A stretch of DNA of 64,000 nt from a virus (taxonomy: Duplodnaviria; Caudoviricetes). Shown one piece after another: positions 10,569 to 22,510 of this stretch. Made by a program: the position numbers and the translations under genes. Each line of letters starts with the position of its first letter. The first letter of the stretch is position 1. The notes beneath the pieces are model-generated. The model worked only from the letters and a program-made list of their open reading frames with translations. It did no database searches and was not told the DNA's origin. The DNA is taken from the IMG/VR virus record IMGVR_UViG_3300029288_000066, positions 32,001 to 96,000 of that record. One strand, 5' to 3'.

Positions 10569-12012
10569 TTCTTTTTGTTTTTTGAAGATTTTATTTTTAT
10601 TTCTAGTGCTTGAATTATCGCCGATTCCTCTATTATTGTTTTAGTCAACGCATCCTGTTGCTTTACGTGCTGCTTGTAATCATCCTCGATGATTTTCTTA
10701 TATTCCTCTATGGTTATTTCTGATGTATTAATTTTGCAGCAGGGACAACGCATCCATTTATCCATATATTCATAACCAGCAACTATATAATTTCCGCAAA
10801 TTGAGCATTTTTTCCAAAGCCTTTCTGTTCTTCCAAGCACATAGCTCCCCTCTGTACCATCGAATTTTGTAAATCGATAAGTGCGAGGTTTGTTCCCGCC
10901 CGTATCATCATACTCAAATAAGTTTTTATCTGGCTTTTTCATAATTTAACTAAATCTAGAAAAAATAAATACGTAGGGGTCTGCAATTTCTTCATTGGCC
11001 TCAAGAAAGAATAATTTTCTATATTTGTTTTTAACTTTTTCTTCATCTAAACCTTCAAAATTCAAAGGAGTAAATCCCCATCCAAGTTCTTCATCTCCTC
11101 CCACAGCCAAAAGCTTTCCAAAAGCAACATCAACATCTCCGCCATCACACCTAACAATTATAAATTCTTCTCCTTCGTGTCCATCAATCATTGAAAGATA
11201 TTTATCATCCCAATAATCAAAATTCTTCCCGTTGGAGTCTTTCATATCATGCGGCAACTTCCACCCGTAAATAATATAATCAGTTCTATCTATACTCATA
11301 TTGTTTAATTTTTACATATTTTTTCACCATAATCAGCATTCACCAACACCATATTAGTCCATGCCTGAGCAATTGCTTTTTTGTTTTTTTCAAAAAAATC
11401 TTTTCCTTTTTCAGAATGAAAAAAGGCATAAAAACCTTCTTTCTCAGAAATTCTTTTCATCTTTTCAATGCTTTCTTTGTCATCATGAAAGTCAATAATT
11501 ATAGAATTTCCGCACTCATATTTTATACCATTAAATATAATATACATGTACATTCCAATAGGCAATTCACTTTCTGATTTTATTTTATAATAAATTTGTT
11601 CAATTGTTTCCACAATACTTCTTTAAAAAGTCCAACTACAGCTTTCGCACTGTCTTACTGAAAAGATTTTGTATTGGCATCCAAGCCTGGGATAGTTTGT
11701 GTATTTACAGAAGTCTGGTTTTACACCGTTATCAACACTGTTCTCAATGCCCATTGGCTTTCTTGCAAGTTGAGCCTCTTTCATTATAATTTTTCTATTC
11801 TTTTTTATTACATCAATTGTCTCATCAAACTTTCTGACCATATGGTTGTCAAAATCGGCTTCGTTTACAAAATCCAAAGTCTCAGGAAATTCTACAGAGA
11901 AACCTTCTTTGCGTAGAAAATCTTTTAATAGGAATAGTAAGCGTGATTTTCCAGAACCCGCTTGTCCTGAAATTGTAATAAATATATTTTCATTTTCCAT
12001 ATTCAAAATTTT

Positions 12013-12312
12013 CTATTCGTTTATTATTTCAATTATTTTACCATATACGTTTTTAGTCCACCCGTTGATATGTCCGTGGTTGTTTCCAATTTGGCACCCT
12101 TTTTTGGGGTCTTTTGCTTTTACTAAGTGGGTGTAACAATTTCCCCTAACCTTCGCATAAACTATATCACCAACTTCTACACTTTCCCAGGTCGCAGGAG
12201 CGATTCTAACAGGTTGTTTTGATTTTAGGATAGGCAGCATGCTATTTCCTGGTTCCTTGCTTATAATCGTTTCCCCTGCAAGTAACTTTTCTATTTTCCA
12301 ATTTTTACTCAT
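12013..12312 (-). CDS. S24/S26 peptidase-like protein
   Basis: GNSMLP, VGDIV and THLVKA motifs; likely start MSKNWK. Confidence 0.6.
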   Translation of the reverse strand: MSKNWKIEKLLAGETIISKEPGNSMLPILKSKQPVRIAPATWESVEVGDIVYAKVRGNCYTHLVKAKDPKKGCQIGNNHGHINGWTKNVYGKIIEIINE

Positions 12313-12727
12313 CTTATGATTTTTTATCAACAAATATATTATCTGCCTCAATGCCAAAATAACTGCAAATTTCAGTCATTTCAAAAGCAAAGTATTTATT
12401 TTTCATAGTACACTTAATCCCGTCATCATCTAGTATGTTGCTTCCCAACAATTCATTGAATTTCTCGATATCCCAAGTGGAAACAAAGGCATAGACTTCT
12501 TCGTTGTGCCAATGATATTCAACTTCGTTATCAGTTATAAATTTATATAATTCTAGTTCTGTCATTTTTTTATTTTCTCCATTTTTTCTTTACACTTATC
12601 GCAATACAAAGGTTCGTCAGAATCCCAGTCTGCTTTTGTTATGCGCTTTGGGTCAACCTCATCTTCTGAAAACCCTTCCTCCACAATTGCAAGACACTTG
12701 TTGCATAAAATGGCTGCTGCTCCATTG

Positions 12728-13252
12728 TTAAACTTCTTTATTCTTGCCATATTTCCCACTTAATATATTGCCAATTCTCATAACTCGTTCTTTAAATTCT
12801 TCAACAGTCCCATTATTGTCAACAACAACATCTGCACATGAAATATCTATATTGAAAGAGTCTGATGGTTCCTTTGGAAGTCTTTTCGACGCATCAACCC
12901 ACACAATTAAATCAAACAGTCCTTGTTTTATACACTCTCGAATTTCTTCTCTATCTCTCATTCCAACATAACAGTCTGCAAGTGCAAGTATTCCCTTTGC
13001 CAATCTTGCTCTATCATCTTTATTGTAATCACAGATTAAATTATACCATTCTGCCCTATGATTAGACCTGTCTTCATAACAGTCTTCTGATGTTTTGTAT
13101 TCATACTTTTCTTTTAACCTATCATATATAAATATGTCAGCTGCGGCTTGTGATGAAGAAATAAAAGCCAGTCCAAACTCATCTCTCAAAATTTCGGCAA
13201 ATGTGTCTTTCCCGTGTCGGCCTGAACCTAGGATTAATAATTTTGGTAGCAT
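12728..13252 (-). CDS. Deoxynucleotide monophosphate kinase-like P-loop protein
   Basis: LILGSGRHGKDT, GMRDREE, DVVVDNNGT; TATATTTG host-type promoter upstream. Confidence 0.7.
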   Translation of the reverse strand: MLPKLLILGSGRHGKDTFAEILRDEFGLAFISSSQAAADIFIYDRLKEKYEYKTSEDCYEDRSNHRAEWYNLICDYNKDDRARLAKGILALADCYVGMRDREEIRECIKQGLFDLIVWVDASKRLPKEPSDSFNIDISCADVVVDNNGTVEEFKERVMRIGNILSGKYGKNKEV

Positions 13253-13283
13253 AGTTTTATTTTTTTTACAAATATAAAAAAAA

Positions 13284-14102
13284 TTATTTAAACTTCCAAA
13301 CAAATCCTTTATAAATTCCTTTGTTTTTTTTAATGGCTTGACTAATTAAACAAGAATTTCCCTTTTTTATCTTCTTATCAAAAACAAAAGAAACAGATTT
13401 GGCAGCTTCTTTTAAACTGTTAAATTCATCAATGAAATTGTTCGACAAATCGAATTTAACAATTTTTTTGCCGCCCAATTTATATCCAGGTGCACCCTTA
13501 TTCCAAGGAACATTTCCTTTTTTGAAGTTTGATGGGTTTTGAACAAATCTCATTTTACTTGCATTATCTACTATTCTCTTCAACTCCTCTTCCCCAATTT
13601 TTGAATATTCTTGTTCGTATAGCCAAATGAAACCACCACAAGTTTTTGTTTTTTTTGACAAAACACTATCAATCCCACGTTTCTTAATACACCTTTCGGC
13701 ATCTAATGTAGATTCAAACGTTTTTACATATAATCCATCCTTATTCAAACAAACAACTTTTTTTCCATTATCTCCCTTTTTAAATGATGTTTGATTTCCG
13801 AAAGTACAGCCGTCTCCGCCTAATGTATAATTTATTAAATTAAACCCCCAAGACTTCATTTGACATATCCAATATGTCTCCCAAAAAACCCACTCATTGA
13901 TTGGGACTATATCTACCACTTCTATAATTGGCTTTAGGCCAATTCTTTTTAAAGATTCTATCCAGTTTCTTTTGTGAATTTGGTGCTTCCTAGCACGATT
14001 TAAGTGAGCACCATATCTTTGCTTTACATTATTGGCTTTCCCAACATATCTCACCTCTTTGGTTACTGGGTCAATAAGAATATAAATGTTTGTTGTTTTC
14101 AT
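13284..14102 (-). CDS. GIY-YIG homing endonuclease with NUMOD1 repeats
   Basis: NIYILIDP..VRYVGKA..R..H; ETYWI; LINYTLGGDG; GFIW/GFVW repeats; TATTTATA at 14117. Confidence 0.85.
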   Translation of the reverse strand: MKTTNIYILIDPVTKEVRYVGKANNVKQRYGAHLNRARKHQIHKRNWIESLKRIGLKPIIEVVDIVPINEWVFWETYWICQMKSWGFNLINYTLGGDGCTFGNQTSFKKGDNGKKVVCLNKDGLYVKTFESTLDAERCIKKRGIDSVLSKKTKTCGGFIWLYEQEYSKIGEEELKRIVDNASKMRFVQNPSNFKKGNVPWNKGAPGYKLGGKKIVKFDLSNNFIDEFNSLKEAAKSVSFVFDKKIKKGNSCLISQAIKKNKGIYKGFVWKFK

Positions 14103-14373
14103 ATATTTATTTTTATTATAAATATATGAAAATATTTATTTTAACAAGCCCACAGCCAATTTTTCCGCAAATACATATTTTTTTTATATTTTCCGAACAT
14201 TATCCCACATAGAACAGCTAATTTCGGTTTCAGTCCCAAAACCTTTTGCTATTGACACACAGATATGTTTTCCATTATCACTTTGGCCAACACTTAATGT
14301 GTACTCTTGATTTTTTATAAATCCGCAACTTAGGTTTTCTCCTTTAAATATTACTTTTACTATATGTGCCATA

Positions 14374-14838
14374 TTATTGAATTTTAACAGCGGCCAATGC
14401 CACCTGGTATGTTTTCGTTTCTGGCGGCCATTCTAAGACGATTCCAGCGCATTTCATCGTTTCTGTGATGTTCACCCCCTCCGCCTCTGGACATTTTGAA
14501 ATATGGTAATCGGAAAATATTTTTTTGAATTTTTTTATCTCTTCTAGCAATGATTTTCTAGCGGACGGCTGCCAATACAAACAACACTTAAGTCGATATT
14601 CTGTCCAAAGAGGATATTTGTTTTTTAAATTGTTTACATGAGTGCCCAGGTCAAATTCATTCCAAATTACATACACGGGTTTTGTTAAATCATACATCTT
14701 GTCAAAAAAACCGACATTTGGTGGGCATCCATCTTTCTTATTGAAGTTTGGGCAACCCTTCTTATGATTATGATAAGGCTTAACACATAAACTTCTCATT
14801 CTATAATCTATTGTCGGTATAACTTGTTGGTAAGGCAT
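14374..14838 (-). CDS. Predicted metal-binding protein (DUF2284-like)
   Basis: LC..PY...KKGCPNFNKKDGCPP; PEAEGVNITETM. Confidence 0.6.
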   Translation of the reverse strand: MPYQQVIPTIDYRMRSLCVKPYHNHKKGCPNFNKKDGCPPNVGFFDKMYDLTKPVYVIWNEFDLGTHVNNLKNKYPLWTEYRLKCCLYWQPSARKSLLEEIKKFKKIFSDYHISKCPEAEGVNITETMKCAGIVLEWPPETKTYQVALAAVKIQ

Positions 14839-15020
14839 TTTTTTAATCTGTATTCCATTCTGGCGCACACAAATCAAACAGTATTCTAGTTTTGCATTTA
14901 TCGCATTGAATTGCTGCAACACAGCAAGAACATCCACGTTTTTTCTCTTCCTCTTTTGTTGTCTCTACTTCATGAAACTCGCCGCCACAAGAGCAGAACG
15001 CTTTGTCTATTTCTCTCCCG

Positions 15021-15580
15021 TTAAATTCTCTCATTATTCAATTCCCTTTTTTCAAATATGTGATATTCCTTTTCATAGCTAGGCGGTTTATATTTTGTGT
15101 CACGAGGCTCAATGTCAATCGTGTCCAAATACATAACACAATTGTGAAAATTAGTTGCATTTGTATGATTCCACCTTGTATATTTATCATGTGTCTTTTG
15201 AAAATACGTTATAAGAAAAGCATTAATATATCCATAATGACGCAGACGAGAATTGCTGGTATAAAAACAAATCTTGTGCCCGTTTATGATAGCATAAGAA
15301 AATTCTATACAAACAGGTAGGGTTTCTTTGTTAAGTTTAACGTTTTTCTTATTGCTTTATGCCTTTTGGCGCACACTTCTACCTCTAAAATCGTGTACGT
15401 TTGACCTAAGCCAACTTCCCCCCAATCAACCGTGAGGGTATTTTCATCGTGTTCACGCCAATCTTTCCACAGTTGATATCTTTCTTCACTTGTAGCTTCA
15501 ACTAGCCATTCTATGTCTTTAAAATAATCATTGCCGAGTGCTAAATGAAGAGTGTTTGTGTTATTAAGTCCTACATCCAT
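15021..15580 (-). CDS. Hypothetical protein, probable 1-nt frameshift near 15345
   Basis: MDVGL... continues in the -1 frame as KETLPVCIEFSYAIINGHKICFY...ERI*, about 100 extra open codons. Confidence 0.5.
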
Positions 15581-15605
15581 AATTTTGATTTTATATGTTT
15601 TTTGA

Positions 15606-16109
15606 TTACAAATTTTTTGTACATGGATTGTTTCCAATTGTCCCATCGGGTTTTAATACTTTATTCGAACAGGCTCCACAGTTTTCTTTGTTCCAATTAC
15701 ATGAATAGTGAATGTCTGGTCTCTTCGCTTCATACTCCTGCTCAACCATTTTAAGAACATGCACTTCATCTGTATTTGGCAGCAAAGGAACATTTGCTTC
15801 AACTCGAACCCCCGCTTTTATATTTGCATTAAACATGATGCAGTCGAATTCATTTGTGTAAACCGCAACAAACCCTGTCCTGGGAGTTACACAATTTTTA
15901 CACATCTTTAAGATTTGATAAAACAATGGGTGAGCCAATGGTTCTCCTCCAGATATGTTAATCCTATCGTAAATTTCATCCCCAAGAAAATCATCTATTT
16001 CATCCATATCCAAAGACAATTTACCTTGTGGTCCTGCATTAGAACTGCAGTAGGCACATTCATTCGGACAGTAATCTGTTATTTCAATTGTTACTTCTTT
16101 CATATGCAA
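15606..16109 (-). CDS. Short radical SAM protein
   Basis: CPNECAYC, ISGGEPLAHP, YTN. Confidence 0.75.
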   Translation of the reverse strand: MHMKEVTIEITDYCPNECAYCSSNAGPQGKLSLDMDEIDDFLGDEIYDRINISGGEPLAHPLFYQILKMCKNCVTPRTGFVAVYTNEFDCIMFNANIKAGVRVEANVPLLPNTDEVHVLKMVEQEYEAKRPDIHYSCNWNKENCGACSNKVLKPDGTIGNNPCTKNL

Positions 16110-16207
16110 AAAATAATTATTTCTTAATATCTCTTATGCCAATTTGAATTTAAAAAAACGAAATCTTTTTAAAATCCTTTAAAATGTAAATTAATTTTTT
16201 CATAATA

Positions 16208-16732
16208 TTATTTTTTCTTTGGCCTCATGAATAAAATCATTTTTTTGCCTTCCATTTTTGGAATAGCTTCTGGAATTCCACAATCTTCTAACGCATCAAT
16301 TAGTTGCGTTAAAATCTCTGCACCCTTACTTTGATAAGCCATTTCTCTTCCTTTAAATACAACGACAATTTTTAGCCTATCGCCTTTTGCAAGAAAGTTT
16401 TTTGCATGACCTAGTTTAAAATTAAAATCATGCTCCCCAGTATTTGGAGTAAACCTTAATTCTTTCATGTCAATCTTATCAGGTTTTTTGGTGTCTTTCT
16501 TTTTGTTGTAAAGAAATTTTTGATAATCCATTATCTTACAGATTGGCGGAGTTTGAGACGCATTAATTTCCACAAGGTCAAGGTTTAATTCGTCGGCAAT
16601 CCTCATTGCCTCAGCTATAGGATACGTATCCATTTTCACATTATCACCAACTAGTTTAACATAGTAGGCTTTTATTTGGTGATTAACATTAAGCCTGTTT
16701 TCTTCTTTCTTTTTAAAATTTTTATTGTTCAT
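16208..16732 (-). CDS. infC: Translation initiation factor IF-3
   Basis: LDLVEINASQTPPICKIMDYQKFLY, KELRFTPNTGEHDFNFK, FKGRE. Confidence 0.95.
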   Translation of the reverse strand: MNNKNFKKKEENRLNVNHQIKAYYVKLVGDNVKMDTYPIAEAMRIADELNLDLVEINASQTPPICKIMDYQKFLYNKKKDTKKPDKIDMKELRFTPNTGEHDFNFKLGHAKNFLAKGDRLKIVVVFKGREMAYQSKGAEILTQLIDALEDCGIPEAIPKMEGKKMILFMRPKKK

Positions 16733-16735
16733 TTA

Positions 16736-17185
16736 TTATAATAAGGGTAAATTTCCTGTGATTTTATCAATTTCTTCTGCCCAGTAAGGACCAATACCAA
16801 CGCAAGTGTTTGTTGGGATTCCTTTAAATTCAGTTAGCCCAGCATCGGTTATTAAAACAGAAGAAATGTTTGCATCTTTTGCTTTCTGAAATATCTCCAA
16901 AAGTTCATTTTCATCTTTGCAATAAACACATATTTTTGTAAAACGTCCATTAAGCCATTTGTCCCATGGAGTGTTTTCTTTATATGCAAAGAACAATGTT
17001 TTATATCCGCACGATTTCATTATCCAGAAAAGAAAACGAGCAATAATAAATATAAATCCTTTAGGAACAATTCTCATCGTATTCAACACAACACCAAGAC
17101 TCGCATGGCTTCCTTGGGCAATTTCTTTCCCACGCCTTACCTTCAGGTCTTTTCTCATCACGATAACTTGTTTTACTGCTTCCAT
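16736..17185 (-). CDS. pth2: Peptidyl-tRNA hydrolase, Pth2 type
   Basis: KQVIVMRKDLK..RGK..AQGSHA; ITDAGLTEF; TCVGIGP; ITGNLPLL. Confidence 0.92.
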   Translation of the reverse strand: MEAVKQVIVMRKDLKVRRGKEIAQGSHASLGVVLNTMRIVPKGFIFIIARFLFWIMKSCGYKTLFFAYKENTPWDKWLNGRFTKICVYCKDENELLEIFQKAKDANISSVLITDAGLTEFKGIPTNTCVGIGPYWAEEIDKITGNLPLL

Positions 17186-17193
17186 ATTGTGTG

Positions 17194-17219
17194 TTATACG
17201 AAAAAGTTATTGTTTTGTT
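17194..17219 (-). promoter_or_regulatory. ECF-type promoter AAC-N16-CGTATAA
   Basis: Exact spacing; upstream of pth2-infC. Confidence 0.7.
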
Positions 17220-18100
17220 TCATTGTTCATTTCTTCAATTTCAACTATCTCAAGTTTTTTCACAACGTATCCCGCCTTAAAAACGAGTTTTGCCAATTCA
17301 AAAAAAGCATTCTTTTTTACAACATCATAATTAGAAGAAACAGATTCAAAGTTTCCTTTATGAGGAGGCATTTCTTTTAACTCTTTGTCATAGAAAACAC
17401 AGTTGAATTTTATTTTGTATCTCTTCACATCTCCAATTAATATTGCATTATCAAGCAGTTCTCCTTTTTCTTTGTACCTTTTAAAGACTTCCGATGCATA
17501 ATATTCATCAACATCTTTAAAATTTAGAACTTTCTTAACCACGTATTCCATTAAATTGTCACGAAATACAGTATCGTTAAAACCATGTTGTACTCCAAGC
17601 GAAGATATCGCTTCTGGGAGTTTTTTCATTAAAACTTCCGTTTCCTGCGCATCCAAATTGAATGGCAAGTCGTCCATATAAATAATGTTATCGCTACTCA
17701 TTCTTTTTCCTTTCCTTTAAAATCTCAATCATTTTTCTCAAACAAGCAAGTTCTGATTCTTCATAACCTCGAACTCCGCTATCGTGCATTGTTTCTTCCC
17801 CAGCACCATTTTCAACCTGGCAATAAAATTCAACACCAGTTATGGCATTGTCTGGATAACAACGCTTGGGTGTTATTGAGTGGAACAAGTCGTGTTTCTC
17901 ACGAAACCAACGAAATGCCTGCTGATAAAGTGGTGCCAACATAAATGTATCTGGATTTTTTGTAATTAACCTGTCAACATAGGAAGCATCAAATATATAA
18001 TAAAATTCACTTTCATGTTGTGGACAAATGGCAATACACGGCTCATCAAATCCAAGCTCTTTTAATTCTTTACATTCTTCGTAAGGAATGAATTCTTTTT

Positions 18101-18580
18101 TCATAGTTGTTTCCCTTTCATTTTTTGTTCAATAGTATAGCCAATCATTTTTTTCTTATATTGCAAAATAATTTTTCTAAACTGTAAATTAAGCTTTTCA
18201 ATTTCATCAATCTTTCTCCGAACTGATACAGAATCTCTCTGTCTACTTGCTTTAGTAGAATCATCGTTTATAAATCCATCCAAACATTTATCAACTATAA
18301 TTTGCAGTTTTTTTATTTTACTAAAAATCTTTTCAATTTCTAATAAATCTTTTCTGAATTTTTTTCTTTTTCTTTCAGTGCAGTCTGGGCAAACATCACC
18401 AAGACGAATCCTTGCATAAATAGTGGCCTGCCAATTACAACCACATTTTTTATTATGACATTTCCACCAATATTGCTTTCTTGAAGTCCTCCTCACAGCA
18501 CTGGGATTAACTTTCCCATTGAGCGTGGGGTGCCAGTCAATAAAAATTTGTGGATGTTCTTTCTTTATACTGCGGGGCAT
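18101..18580 (-). CDS. Zinc-ribbon protein with basic C-terminal helical hairpin
   Basis: WHPTLNG..P.......YWWKC....C..W.A.I..R.....CPDC. Confidence 0.65.
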   Translation of the reverse strand: MPRSIKKEHPQIFIDWHPTLNGKVNPSAVRRTSRKQYWWKCHNKKCGCNWQATIYARIRLGDVCPDCTERKRKKFRKDLLEIEKIFSKIKKLQIIVDKCLDGFINDDSTKASRQRDSVSVRRKIDEIEKLNLQFRKIILQYKKKMIGYTIEQKMKGKQL

Positions 18581-19068
18581 ATTGTTTTTAAATGGGAAAA
18601 TTAATTTGGTTAAGCAAGCTGTTCAAAACATATGTGTAATCGTGGGTTATCTTTTTGATTCTTTTGCTTAAGTTCTTAGCCCATCGGGCAAATTTCTTTT
18701 CTTTCTCTTTGTCAATGTTTTTTGGCATCACCATATGTCCAGCAGTTGCTTTATTTGCTGCATTGAAAAGCTCTCTTGCATCTTTGTCCGTAAACTGTTC
18801 CATAATTTTAGATATTAATTTTTGCTTTATAACTACTGTATTTGCAAGCCATATACACCACTAAAGAGTTCCATCCCACTCAAATTTTACATCTTCTACT
18901 CTATAATCAACATCGTAAATCTCTTTTAACAACTTTACTGCATGTTGTTCATAACTACAATCTTTATTCATTTCTAAATGATATTGATTCCCGTCTACTT
19001 CCATCATCATATATTCGCCCACGAAACTATGACTCTCTATAAATCTTATTTCCATATTTGTGGTATTT

Positions 19069-19512
19069 TTAATAATTATTCTTGGTTTCTTTCTCTAGTT
19101 CTTTAATTTTTAAACTCATCTTTTTATCATATAAATGTTTTCCCTTAGCCAATACAACGACAACTTTTATCAACCCTTTTTCGTTGATGAATATTTTGGA
19201 TGGTACAATAGTAAGCCCTTTAATTTGAGTTTTTTCTCTGAGTTTTTTAATTTCCCTTTTCGTTAGAAGAAGTTTCCTTTCTCTTTTCGGCTCATGTTGA
19301 TTATAACTTGAGTTTTTATATTCAGAGATGTGAAGGTTCTTTAAAAAGATTTCATCGTCTTTTATATAACAATAAGCATCAGTGAAGCTTGCAGCTCCGT
19401 TTCTAATTGATTTTACTTCGGAACCAAAAAGAACAATCCCAGCTATAAATTCCTCTATAAAAGCAAATTCAAACCTGGCCTTGTTGTTTTTTATGCTAAT
19501 GCTATTTTTCAT
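19069..19512 (-). CDS. smpB: SsrA-binding protein SmpB
   Basis: NNKARFEF..AGIVLFGSEVKSIR; HEPKRERKLLL; AKGKHLYDKK. Confidence 0.95.
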   Translation of the reverse strand: MKNSISIKNNKARFEFAFIEEFIAGIVLFGSEVKSIRNGAASFTDAYCYIKDDEIFLKNLHISEYKNSSYNQHEPKRERKLLLTKREIKKLREKTQIKGLTIVPSKIFINEKGLIKVVVVLAKGKHLYDKKMSLKIKELEKETKNNY

Positions 19513-20341
19513 CCTTTTCTAGCGTTTTCTCATACATTTCGTATAAATAGTCCACAGGATGTTTTTTTTCAGCACAGGAAAAGTTTAATGCCTTTTTCAT
19601 CATCATGTCAATTATCAAAGCATGCTTTTCTTTGGGATAAACTGTGTCAAAAGAATCAGCTATTCTTTCTGGAAGGTGAAGCACGCATAATTCAAACCAA
19701 TGAATCTTTGTAGTTTGAGAAATGTTAAGAAAAGAACAAAATTCGTCAGACAAATCAATGTGGATAAGTTCCGCTTCGTACTCTGGGAACAAATCATAAC
19801 ACATTTTTAATAACTTTTCTCTTTGGTCTTTTGATAGTGCTAGTCTTTCCATTATTCTTCTTTTTCTTCGTGGGTTTTTAATATTAGGTTTGCAATCTCC
19901 ATGCTTTGGTCAAACTTGTCTTCTATAAGGGCGAATTTTTCTTTAAGCTTAAATCGTATGGGCTCCTTGAACTGCTCTTTGCTGAGCACAATCATTAGAT
20001 GGTCGATGATTTTTTTATTTAATTCATTCCTCATAGCCTGCTCCACTCTGTCTTCATCATTCTCTTTTATTATTTTAGAATACTCAGAACGAGTCAAAAA
20101 TAGCTTTTCATAATCCACGCTTTTTTCTAAAGAGTTTTTTGTAATTTCTATTATCTTTTTACAAAACTCATCATACCCATAAGCTTGAATTTCTGGGTCA
20201 ATATAGTTTATTACAGCGTTAACTGATTTTAATTTGCCCTGCCACTCCTCGAAATTCTCAACAAATCTTTCCAATAAAGATTCTTCAATAGAATCCTTCA
20301 ACCCAGCGACCATTCTCGCCTTCATAGCCCCAATCTCTTTT

Positions 20342-21067
20342 TTATTCATCACCCGCTTGTGTTATTTTGTTAATTAATTCTTTTTTTAAAATTTCTGAAA
20401 ATTTTGATAATACTTCTTGAAATATTATTACAAATATTATAAACAATATCATTTCGACAGACATGTTTAATGATATAATTATATAATAAAAAGACCACCA
20501 TAAGAGTGCTATACTAATAAAAGAAGGTATTAAAACATAAAAAAGTGATTTTTTTAGAAGACAACTTAACAGTTTGTTTTCTTCTAAAAGGAGAAGGAAA
20601 GATTTATTAATATTGGAACTGTCTTTTCTGTGTTCTTCACTTACATCTTTTGTCCTTTTTAAAACACTTATTAATTTTGGCAACAAAATATTTGCCATTA
20701 GCAGTCTTACAAATGAAAGCCCACAAGAAATAATAGCAAGTAATATGACAAATATTCCTATATGTACGCAAAAGAATAAATATAAAACTATAGACCAAAA
20801 AACAAAGAAATTATAAAAAGAACATATAAAAATTTCTTTTTTTGTGTTGGACTCTCCAAGGCTAGTTATTAACTTATCTTCAAACATACTTAAACACACT
20901 ATAAAAACAACGCCAACAAAAGCAGCTAAAATTAAAGGCCAACTGAAGCTAACAAGATAAAGGAACCATAACAGCACCGCATAAGAAAGAATTGCTGATG
21001 TGCCATTAAGAATAGCCCTGACTACAGGAATATTCTCTTTTTCTATTTTTTTAAGGAAACTAAACAT
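20342..21067 (-). CDS. Multi-pass membrane protein
   Basis: About 6 hydrophobic segments. Confidence 0.55.
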   Translation of the reverse strand: MFSFLKKIEKENIPVVRAILNGTSAILSYAVLLWFLYLVSFSWPLILAAFVGVVFIVCLSMFEDKLITSLGESNTKKEIFICSFYNFFVFWSIVLYLFFCVHIGIFVILLAIISCGLSFVRLLMANILLPKLISVLKRTKDVSEEHRKDSSNINKSFLLLLEENKLLSCLLKKSLFYVLIPSFISIALLWWSFYYIIISLNMSVEMILFIIFVIIFQEVLSKFSEILKKELINKITQAGDE

Positions 21068-21086
21068 TTTTTCTATTTTAGATTGT

Positions 21087-22493
21087 TTATGCCAAACCTT
21101 TGGCCATGTTTTGAATCTGTTTTATTGAGTCTAAGGAGTCGCAAGTATTCTTGTCATCACGTAGTTCTTTAAATACTGGATGAAGCAATGAATAATTTCC
21201 AGTAGAGTCCTGAGAAAGACCACTACACTTAACCTCTAATATTGTATTCAGAAGTTTGTCTTGATTTTCTGTAATATAAAGCATCATCTTTTCATCAATT
21301 CCCGTTGGCTTCGTATTAACTACCCCATCAGAAGATGTTGCATTCACAGAAGAAATAACCTTTTCGTTTTTACCAGTTCCATAATTGAACCCTGTAATTC
21401 TAAGGTCAACGTCCATTTCAAGTTTACATTTACATTGCCAATTGGGTTTACCATCCTTCCAAGCCCCATCCTCAGCCTTGACAATTGTTCCTTCTTCTCC
21501 TCTATTGAGCATTTCTTGAAAATGCTCCATAGCTTCTTCAAAAGAACTGACCATCTTACTCTCTATTAATTTAACCCTTTGCAGAGGATTTTTATTCTCT
21601 GTAGGATTTGTATCAAAAGAAAGAATGTCTTGTAAATCTAATCGTCTAGTTATATACGATGTTGATGATTTTGCAGCAAGGTATTCCTCATTTGAAATGG
21701 TGTCCCACACGGTGTAAACTATAGAATCCAATGCACAATAATAATCCATATTATGCTCCGATTCAAATTTGATTATTTCTTTATCAACGCTTTTTCCTTC
21801 TTTTGACTTCTTCCCAATGCTTATCAGTGAAGCAATAATTCCATTACTTTCATATCGGGAAATCCCAGGAATAGTGAGTTCTCCGTTTAACACACAATCG
21901 CCTAATCGTTCCAATTCCTTCATAAACAATGGTAATACAGAAAAAACAGTTGGTTCACCCTGGCGACTTTCAAGCTCGGCATAATGTTTTTTAATAATTG
22001 CGTTGCAGTATCTTCCATCCATCTTCACGTCACTATACGCCTTTTTGCCTTTTTCAAACAACTTCTTTATAAGCACTGGGTCATATGGTTTAGCTCCCAT
22101 ATATGGAGGGTCTTCAATAAGTTTCGGAAAAATCTTGTTAATGTTTGACGTGCCCATTCCAATTTTCGGGTCTTTGTCAATAATGCGCTCAATAATATAA
22201 GCATCATCTTTTGATGTTCCTTCCAATAGGGCTTTAAGGTAATTTATTGCGGCATTTCCAGTAATTTCTCTGGTTGAGAATGCTTCTAATTTTATTACAG
22301 CCTGTTCAAGAGAATAATTAACAAATGACTGTTTATATTCTGGAATTTGCTTTATGTAAAACTTTATTCGTTTGGAGCATGCTTTATAAAGCACTTCTTT
22401 CAGCAACTCGTTGTCTTTGTAGGACGCCAAGATTTCCATTTTTTTATTAGTCGAACTTTCGGCTGCTATTTCATCAAATATTTTCTTAATCAT
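21087..22493 (-). CDS. ATP-dependent DNA ligase
   Basis: KMDGR adenylation motif, LNGEL, EEGTIVK, SLLHPVF..LRDDK. Confidence 0.92.
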   Translation of the reverse strand: MIKKIFDEIAAESSTNKKMEILASYKDNELLKEVLYKACSKRIKFYIKQIPEYKQSFVNYSLEQAVIKLEAFSTREITGNAAINYLKALLEGTSKDDAYIIERIIDKDPKIGMGTSNINKIFPKLIEDPPYMGAKPYDPVLIKKLFEKGKKAYSDVKMDGRYCNAIIKKHYAELESRQGEPTVFSVLPLFMKELERLGDCVLNGELTIPGISRYESNGIIASLISIGKKSKEGKSVDKEIIKFESEHNMDYYCALDSIVYTVWDTISNEEYLAAKSSTSYITRRLDLQDILSFDTNPTENKNPLQRVKLIESKMVSSFEEAMEHFQEMLNRGEEGTIVKAEDGAWKDGKPNWQCKCKLEMDVDLRITGFNYGTGKNEKVISSVNATSSDGVVNTKPTGIDEKMMLYITENQDKLLNTILEVKCSGLSQDSTGNYSLLHPVFKELRDDKNTCDSLDSIKQIQNMAKGLA

Positions 22494-22510
22494 AATAAGT
22501 GTTTTCTAAT

